Assembly (NCBI GenBank): GCA_963675785.1 | Contig: OY776562.1 | Location: forward strand, 2,688,001 to 2,752,000 | DNA: 64,000 nucleotides | From: Anaerolineae bacterium | Lineage (GTDB): Bacteria; Chloroflexota; Anaerolineae; UBA1429 | Reading direction: 5' to 3' | In this document: positions 56,673-64,000 of the stretch, piece after piece | How the letters are laid out: each line of letters starts with the position of its first letter | Numbering within the stretch: the stretch's first letter is position 1 | Made by a program: the position numbers and the translations under genes | The notes under the pieces: generated by a model | The model's database searches: none | Seen by the model: the letters and a program-made list of their open reading frames with translations, nothing else | Told to the model about the DNA's origin: nothing

Positions 56673-57045
56673 CAGCAACCGCATGTTCTGCTATATACTT
56701 TTCAACGGCTTTGTGTATGGCCGAGGCAGCCAAATTTGAGCAATGAAGCTTGGGATCGGGCAATCCGCCAAGGGCGGCTACTACATCATCGTCCGTCAAA
56801 GCCATCGCTTCGTCAAGAGTCATCCCCTTGACCATCTCAGTGGCGATAGAGCTAGAAGCAATCGCCGCGCCGCACCCAAAGGTGCGGAAACTAATATTCT
56901 GAATGCGACCATCCTCAACCATGAGATAAACTTCCATAAAATCGCCACAAACAGGGCTGCCCACCCGGCTGTAGGCATCCGGGGTATCCATCACGCCCAC
57001 ATTACGTGGATTCTGAAAGTGCTCGATAAATTTGTCTGTATACAT
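56653..57045 (-). CDS. iscU: Fe-S cluster scaffold IscU/NifU-N
   Basis: HFQNPRNVG, CGD, TFGCGAAIASSS, KLHCS. Confidence 0.93.
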   Translation of the reverse strand: MYTDKFIEHFQNPRNVGVMDTPDAYSRVGSPVCGDFMEVYLMVEDGRIQNISFRTFGCGAAIASSSIATEMVKGMTLDEAMALTDDDVVAALGGLPDPKLHCSNLAASAIHKAVEKYIAEHAVADAPAES

Positions 57046-57059
57046 TCTCTAACCTCTTG

Positions 57060-58244
57060 TTATGACAGCATGCCGACGCTATAAATTGGCGAAAGATCAC
57101 GGATACCTTGCACAATTGGCGGCAATACCTCGATAACGCGATCCACATCCTCTTCTGTATTCTCTCTGCCTAAGGTAAGCCGAATGCTGGCTCGGGCAAG
57201 TAATTTTTTAATGCCGCAAGCTACCAGCACATGCGAAGGTTCAGCCTCTTCCGAAGCACAGGCCGAGCCAGTGCTGCAAGCGATACCTGCCCAATCTAGC
57301 TTCATCTGCACGGCCTCACCCTCAATACCGGCAAATATGAAATTGGCATTATTCGCCAGACGCCGCATGGGGTGCCCGTTCAAGCACGAATCTGGTACCA
57401 AGGTAAGCACGCCTTTGATTAGTCTGTCGCGCAGGGCAACCAAACGCGCTTGCTCTTGCTCGCGATCCTGATGGGCTAATACCAAAGCCTCGCCAAGCCC
57501 CACGATGTAAGGCACGTTCGATGTGCCAGCACGCATTCCCCGCTCTTGGCCACCGCCGGTTTGAATGGGCACGATCGGCGTCCCCCTACGAATATAGAGC
57601 ACACCTACTCCCTTGGGGGCATAGAACTTGTGACCAGAAAGGGACAGCAAATCGACATTGAGTTGATCGACGTCCAACGGCAGGCTTCCGCCAGCTTGAA
57701 CGGCATCTGTATGAAAAACTACACCCGCTTTACGAGCAATAGCACCAATTTCGGCGATTGGCTGAATGGTGCCGATTTCGTTGTTCGCATACATCACACT
57801 GATGAGCACCGTATCAGGTCGGATAGCTTTGCGCACATCATCGGGGTCAACCATGCCCATAGCATCCACAGGCAAATAGGTCACCTTATAGCCATCCAAT
57901 TGCTCGAGCTGTTCGCAGGTTCGCAAAATGGCATGGTGTTCAATGGTCGTGGTGATGATATGCTTACCCTTGCTCCGCAAAGCCGTGGTTACACCGCGAA
58001 TCGCGAGGTTATCGCTCTCGGTGCCGCAACTGGTAAACACAGTTTCATTATCGTTGCAGCCCAGGATACCGGCTACCTGCTTGCGGGCACGATTCAACCC
58101 CTCAGCAGCACCACGTCCCTGGTCATAAAGGCTGGCAGGATTGCCATAATGTTCCGTCCAATAAGGCAGCATGGCTTTGAGAACCCGGGGGTCCACCGCC
58201 GTCGTTGCTGCATGGTCAAGGTATATCCTGGTTAGTTGGGGCAT
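57060..58244 (-). CDS. iscS: Cysteine desulfurase (IscS/NifS)
   Basis: IYLDHAATT, FHTDAVQ, SGHKFYAPKG, STGSAC. Confidence 0.93.
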   Translation of the reverse strand: MPQLTRIYLDHAATTAVDPRVLKAMLPYWTEHYGNPASLYDQGRGAAEGLNRARKQVAGILGCNDNETVFTSCGTESDNLAIRGVTTALRSKGKHIITTTIEHHAILRTCEQLEQLDGYKVTYLPVDAMGMVDPDDVRKAIRPDTVLISVMYANNEIGTIQPIAEIGAIARKAGVVFHTDAVQAGGSLPLDVDQLNVDLLSLSGHKFYAPKGVGVLYIRRGTPIVPIQTGGGQERGMRAGTSNVPYIVGLGEALVLAHQDREQEQARLVALRDRLIKGVLTLVPDSCLNGHPMRRLANNANFIFAGIEGEAVQMKLDWAGIACSTGSACASEEAEPSHVLVACGIKKLLARASIRLTLGRENTEEDVDRVIEVLPPIVQGIRDLSPIYSVGMLS

Positions 58245-58256
58245 CTTACTCCAATA

Positions 58257-58961
58257 CTATGCTGGCTTGGCCGAACCAAGGGCGGCCGTGCTCGAAACCA
58301 ATGCTTCTGTCTGCTCAAGCAATCGGGCCATCTCGAACAGACGCGTTTCCAATTCGTCTACACGGCCGATAAGCCGTTGGCAAGTATCGCACACAGGATC
58401 AGGGAGCTTGCCGTGTTCCATCGTTTCCTCTAGCGTGTGCTCCAAATGCGGCCCACGCACCACACGTGCTGGCACACCCACTGCCGTCGAATCTCGCGGT
58501 ATCGGCTTGACCACTACGGCACCCGAGCCGATGCGAGCATAATCATCCACCAAAATGGGGCCCAGTACAATGGCGTTTGAGCCCAAAATTACGCCCTTGC
58601 CAATTGTTGGGTGGCGCTTGCCCTTTTCCAGTGACGTACCGCCCAACACCACACCTTTGTACATGAGCACATCATCACCAACTTCGGCCGTCTCACCAAT
58701 CACACAGCCCATGCCGTGATCGATAAACACCCTGCGACCGATGGTAGCGCCGGGATGAATCTCGATTCCCGTTCTTCGCCGCGTCAAGTGCGAGATGAGC
58801 CTCGCCAAATAATGAAAATTGTGCGTCCACAGCCAATGGGCAATGCGGTACATCCATATGGCACGCAAACCCGGATAGCAAGTCAAAGCCTCAAACGTGC
58901 TGCGTACAGCCGGGTCTTTTTCAAATATAGTGGCAACATCTTCACGAATTCTATCTAACAT
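58257..58961 (-). CDS. cysE: Serine O-acetyltransferase
   Basis: [33 protein letters not shown]. Confidence 0.95.
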   Translation of the reverse strand: MLDRIREDVATIFEKDPAVRSTFEALTCYPGLRAIWMYRIAHWLWTHNFHYLARLISHLTRRRTGIEIHPGATIGRRVFIDHGMGCVIGETAEVGDDVLMYKGVVLGGTSLEKGKRHPTIGKGVILGSNAIVLGPILVDDYARIGSGAVVVKPIPRDSTAVGVPARVVRGPHLEHTLEETMEHGKLPDPVCDTCQRLIGRVDELETRLFEMARLLEQTEALVSSTAALGSAKPA

Positions 58962-59407
58962 GCCAGTATCTCCCGGTTTCCTGTAAACATTGCCTCCCCG
59001 CTCGATTCATCAGTGAGCACATCAGCAATTGTCAGATTATCAAGGGCGTCAGAAATACGCAGAGCCAACGTCGCAAAAACACTTTTGGTAACACAATGAG
59101 GATCCATACAACATCCCGGTGACGCGTGGGCGCAATCGACATTGAGCAGCGTTCCCTCGACTGCACGAATCACATCGCCCACGGAAATCGAATCGGGAGG
59201 CAGAGCCAGCATATAACCACCCTGGGCACCACGAACGCTCTGCAGCACACCCTCTCGCTTAAGGCGCACGGCAATACGCGCGAGGTAGGCCTGGGGCATC
59301 TCGCTGTCGTCCGCCAAAGCGGTCAACGATATTGGGCCCTCGCCATATCGGCGGCCCAGCTCGACAGTCAAACGCAAAGCTAAACGCTCTTTTGATGAAA
59401 GTCTCAT
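58955..59407 (-). CDS. Rrf2-family regulator (IscR/CymR-like, Cys-bearing)
   Basis: [24 protein letters not shown]-x6-CC-x4-C. Confidence 0.92.
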   Translation of the reverse strand: MRLSSKERLALRLTVELGRRYGEGPISLTALADDSEMPQAYLARIAVRLKREGVLQSVRGAQGGYMLALPPDSISVGDVIRAVEGTLLNVDCAHASPGCCMDPHCVTKSVFATLALRISDALDNLTIADVLTDESSGEAMFTGNREILAC

Positions 59408-59415
59408 AAAGCATC

Positions 59416-59439
59416 AATCCTTACTTGCAAATCAGGATT
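59416..59439. promoter_or_regulatory. Imperfect palindrome; candidate Rrf2 autoregulatory operator
   Basis: AATCCTTACTTG|CAAATCAGGATT, 10 of 12 pairs symmetric. Lies between the minus-strand promoter (TTGACC-17-TATTCT, 59440-59468) and the Rrf2 start. Confidence 0.5.
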
Positions 59440-59561
59440 AGAATACCACGAATGCCTAGTATGGTCAAAGAGAATACGTGTGACTTTGCACGAATGATTT
59501 GCGCCGCATATCCAATCGTTGTAAACTTGCCGTGGTCGTTATGCCATCAAGGGAGATCGCT

Positions 59562-61652
59562 ATGTTGGATATGTTTTCAAACCCTCGCAGTGTCGCCATC
59601 ATTGGTGCCTCTGCTAACCCAAGTAAGATCGGTTACGATGTCCTTCATAACTTGATTACATCTGGTTATGAAGGCGATGTTTATCCCATCAACCCTAGCT
59701 CGGATGAGATTCTGGGGCTCAAAGCCTACAAGAGCGTAACGGATGTTCCAGGGTCTATCGATCTGGTAGTCATTGTTGTGCCTGCGCGCTTTGTTCCTCA
59801 GCTCATGGTTGAATGTGGGGAAAAGGGTGTCAAAGGCGTCATCGTCATTACGGCGGGCTTTAAGGAGATGGGTCTCGAAGGCGCCGAGATGGAGAAGCAG
59901 CTCGTTGAGATCGCCAAGCAGTATGGTATGCGTGTTATTGGCCCCAACTGCCTGGGCATTATCGAAACCCCCATCAAAATGAACGCTTCATTCGCCCCGG
60001 CCACGCCAGAACCCGGTTCAATCGCCTTTATGTCACAGTCTGGCGCCCTTTGCGGTTCTATTCTCGACTATGCTCTGGCAGAAGACATCGGCTTTTCGCA
60101 TTTCTACAGCCTGGGCAACAAAGCTGATATCGACGAAGTCTCCCTCCTGGAAGACTGGGCCAATGATCCTAACACCAATGTAGTCATTGCCTACATCGAA
60201 GGCCTAAAGGACGGCAAAGCTTTTATCGAAACAGCCTCCAAGGCCACCCGCAAACTTCCCATCGTCGCTCTCAAATCGGGCCGTACCGCCTCTGGTTCCA
60301 AGGCCGTCTCTTCTCACACTGGGAGCCTAGCTGGTTCGGATGCAGCCTATGACGCAGCCTTTGCCCAGAGTGGCGTGCTTCGTGCCGACACGGTGCAAGA
60401 CCTCTTTGACTTTTCAACGGCATTTGCCTACCAGCCCAACATCAAGGGCAACCGCATCTGCCTGATTACCAATGCTGGTGGCCCTGGCGTTATGGCCACC
60501 GACGCCCTTGAGCAGAATGACCTGGTACTGGCCGAACTCAAGCCAGAGACCCAGCAGGCCCTCGAAGCTGTGTTGCCCGCTGCAGCCAACACGCACAACC
60601 CTGTCGATGTGCTGGGTGATGCTCGCGCTGATCGTTACGGCCAAGCTATTGAGATCGTCCTCAAAGATGAGGGTGTGGATGGCGTCATCGTCATTCTTAC
60701 ACCGCAGTCCAGCACCGAAATCGTTCGTACAGCCGAAGTCCTCGTCGAAAAGGTTGCCGAGATCGACAAACCTGTAATGGGCTGTTGGATGGGCAAAAAA
60801 GAAATCGACCATGGCATTCGTGTTCTCTCGCAGAACAAGCTTCCGAACTATCCCTTCCCCTCTCGCGCTGTTCGTGCTATGGGCGCCATGTGGAAGTATG
60901 CCCAGTACCTGGCCAAGCCGATTGAAGAGCCCGTCGTCTTTGACGTCGACAAAAAGGCTGTCGCTGACCTCTTTGCGGAAATTCGCACCGAAGGCCGCAA
61001 TGGCATTGGCGACTCTGAAGCCCAGGCCATCATGAAGGCTTACGGTATCACTATTCCGCAATCTACCGTAGCCGCCACGGCAGATGAAGCAGTCGCTTTC
61101 TGCAAAAAGATCGGTTATCCCGTGGTGATGAAAATTGCCTCTCCCGATATTCTCCACAAATCGGATGCGGGCGGCATCGCCGTGGGTGTATCGGGTGATG
61201 ATGAAGTCCGCGCCACTTTTGCCAAGATCGTTGCAAACGCCAAGGCTTACAAAGCTGACGCCGAAATCTGGGGCACCCAGATCCAGGAAATGGTCACAGG
61301 CGCCAAAGAGATCATCATCGGCATGAACCGCGACCCACAGTTCGGCCCCCTGGTGATGTTCGGTCTTGGGGGTATCTATGTTGAAGTCCTCAAAGATGTC
61401 AAGTTCCGCGTAGCCCCAATGACCCGTACACAGGCTTACGAGATGGTCCAGTCCATTCGTTCCTACGCATTGCTCAAGGGTGTTCGCGGTCAGGCGCCTT
61501 CTGATATCGAAGCAACAGTAGACGTGCTCTTGCGCGTCGCACAGCTCGTGACCGATTTCCCTGAAATCGCCGAGCTCGACATTAACCCGCTGTTGGTGCG
61601 TGAAGCTGGCAAGGGAGCCGTCGGTGTTGACATGCGGCTCATCCTCAAGTAG
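59562..61652 (+). CDS. Acetate-CoA ligase (ADP-forming), fused alpha-beta
   Basis: PRSVAIIGAS, IGPNCLG, SQSGAL, SSHTGSLAG, HKSDAGG, DPQFGP, ELDINPL. GGGAG precedes ATG 59562. Confidence 0.92.
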   Translation: MLDMFSNPRSVAIIGASANPSKIGYDVLHNLITSGYEGDVYPINPSSDEILGLKAYKSVTDVPGSIDLVVIVVPARFVPQLMVECGEKGVKGVIVITAGFKEMGLEGAEMEKQLVEIAKQYGMRVIGPNCLGIIETPIKMNASFAPATPEPGSIAFMSQSGALCGSILDYALAEDIGFSHFYSLGNKADIDEVSLLEDWANDPNTNVVIAYIEGLKDGKAFIETASKATRKLPIVALKSGRTASGSKAVSSHTGSLAGSDAAYDAAFAQSGVLRADTVQDLFDFSTAFAYQPNIKGNRICLITNAGGPGVMATDALEQNDLVLAELKPETQQALEAVLPAAANTHNPVDVLGDARADRYGQAIEIVLKDEGVDGVIVILTPQSSTEIVRTAEVLVEKVAEIDKPVMGCWMGKKEIDHGIRVLSQNKLPNYPFPSRAVRAMGAMWKYAQYLAKPIEEPVVFDVDKKAVADLFAEIRTEGRNGIGDSEAQAIMKAYGITIPQSTVAATADEAVAFCKKIGYPVVMKIASPDILHKSDAGGIAVGVSGDDEVRATFAKIVANAKAYKADAEIWGTQIQEMVTGAKEIIIGMNRDPQFGPLVMFGLGGIYVEVLKDVKFRVAPMTRTQAYEMVQSIRSYALLKGVRGQAPSDIEATVDVLLRVAQLVTDFPEIAELDINPLLVREAGKGAVGVDMRLILK

Positions 61653-61704
61653 GCTTAGCTTAGAGGTTCTAGGAGTTATTTCTGCATTTCTGTTGCAAGA
61701 ACAT

Positions 61705-61729
61705 AGAGCCCCTCACATAGAGGGGCTCT
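61705..61729 (+). terminator. Hairpin, possible terminator
   Basis: AGAGCCCCTC/GAGGGGCTCT followed by TCTT. Confidence 0.55.
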
Positions 61730-61735
61730 TCTTGA

Positions 61736-63070
<1,335 letters not shown>

Positions 63071-63083
63071 GCCATGTTATACC

Positions 63084-63111
63084 AGAGGGCGGGGAATCCC
63101 CGCCCTCTTTT
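63084..63111 (+). terminator. Intrinsic terminator after eno
   Basis: AGAGGGCGGGG/CCCCGCCCTCT followed by a T-run. Confidence 0.8.
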
Positions 63112-63133
63112 CATATGAAAGGCAGAGCAAGTG

Positions 63134-64000
63134 ATGCAGGCATTGCTCTGGTGGGCTCTATTAACGATCAGTGGGTGGGCCGCTTTACCGCTGATGTCGC
63201 ACATCCTCAAGACACCAGACAACAGCCTTGCGCTTGCGCATGTCCTCGGGCTAGCCCTGACCACTTTCACTATATGGCTCATCACTGTCGTCAGCCCAAT
63301 CCCCTTTTCGCAAGCTACCGTCCTGATCGTCATTGCCCTGTTGCTAGCAGTTTCTTTCTGGGCGTGGTTCAGGGATAAATCACTCACTCAGCAAGTCAAA
63401 CAGTCTTTTAAAAGCCTTCTCGTTGTTGAACTGCTTTTCGCGGCCTCTTTTGTGGCCTGTTTAGCGTTCCGCGCCAGCCTTCCGGCTGCAACCCATACGG
63501 AACAGCCCATGGATATGGCTATGCTCAGCTCGCTACTGCGCTCCTCGGCAATGCCCCCGGCCGATCCTTGGCTTTCTGGTCATACCATCAACTATTATTA
63601 TGGTGGATACCTGCAAATTGCCCTCGTTGCCAAAGCAACGGGCGCCAGTGCTGGTGCCGCCTACAACCTCGGCCTAGCCCAAGTCTTTGCTTTAGCGGTT
63701 ACAAGCTTGTACGGCCTCATCAAGCAGCTTTTACCAGCAAGACAATCCACAAAAACAAGAATCGCCCTAGCAGCCTTGGGCAGCCTGTCGATTATGCTAT
63801 CGGGCAATCTGGCCAGCCTGCTGCAATTAGCCGAGTCAGTCGGCATTTTCCCCACAGTCATCGTGAACTGGCTCTCACTGCCGAGTATTGGTAGTACTGG
63901 CGATTACTGGTGGTGGTTCAACGCTTCACGCATTGCCCAGGACACAAACGTCTTTGGCAGGCTGGCCACACTCATCACCGAATTTCCCTCTTTTGGTTTT
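63134..64000 (+). CDS. DUF2298 (Chlor_Arch_YYY) membrane protein, truncated at the window end; absent from the ORF track
   Basis: Manual translation: MQALLWWALLTISGWAALPL...EQPMDMAMLSSLLRS..MPPADPWLSGHTINYYYGGYL...WWWFNASRI...ITEFPSF. Confidence 0.88.
   Translation, partial: MQALLWWALLTISGWAALPLMSHILKTPDNSLALAHVLGLALTTFTIWLITVVSPIPFSQATVLIVIALLLAVSFWAWFRDKSLTQQVKQSFKSLLVVELLFAASFVACLAFRASLPAATHTEQPMDMAMLSSLLRSSAMPPADPWLSGHTINYYYGGYLQIALVAKATGASAGAAYNLGLAQVFALAVTSLYGLIKQLLPARQSTKTRIALAALGSLSIMLSGNLASLLQLAESVGIFPTVIVNWLSLPSIGSTGDYWWWFNASRIAQDTNVFGRLATLITEFPSFGF

Overview
Ordinary-looking chromosomal window of an anaerobic bacterium. The DUF2298/YYY, DUF4012, GT39-like and Pro/Thr-rich surface proteins suggest Chloroflexota, probably Anaerolineae (inference). 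Most genes are housekeeping: selA, tsaD, guaA, plsX, tRNA-Leu(GAG), rsfS, ndk, xseAB, pyk, corA, comM, nnr, an Rrf2-cysE-iscS-iscU-mnmA operon, ADP-forming acetate-CoA ligase and eno. There are also two cell-surface/glycosylation clusters. No integrase, transposase, rRNA or CRISPR array was seen. The ORF track misses several things. (1) A truncated ORF at the left edge ends in an 11-Cys/10-His (CHSA/CVHxA)n repeat, directly upstream of a PqqD/RRE-radical SAM-SPASM gene, a coiled-coil protein, a zinc-ribbon membrane protein and a metalloprotease; this is a candidate undescribed RiPP-like or protein-tail modification system. (2) A membrane-anchored UshA-like selenoprotein has a CGU motif and a SECIS-like hairpin, and is split in the track at its UGA. 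(3) rsfS probably starts at CTG. (4) A DUF2298 gene runs off the right edge. Also notable: a tandem lipoprotein duplication after tRNA-Leu, a sortase next to a substrate ending in LPATGK with no membrane anchor, a probable pseudokinase, and several candidate cis-regulatory elements. All family assignments come from motif recognition, not database searches.
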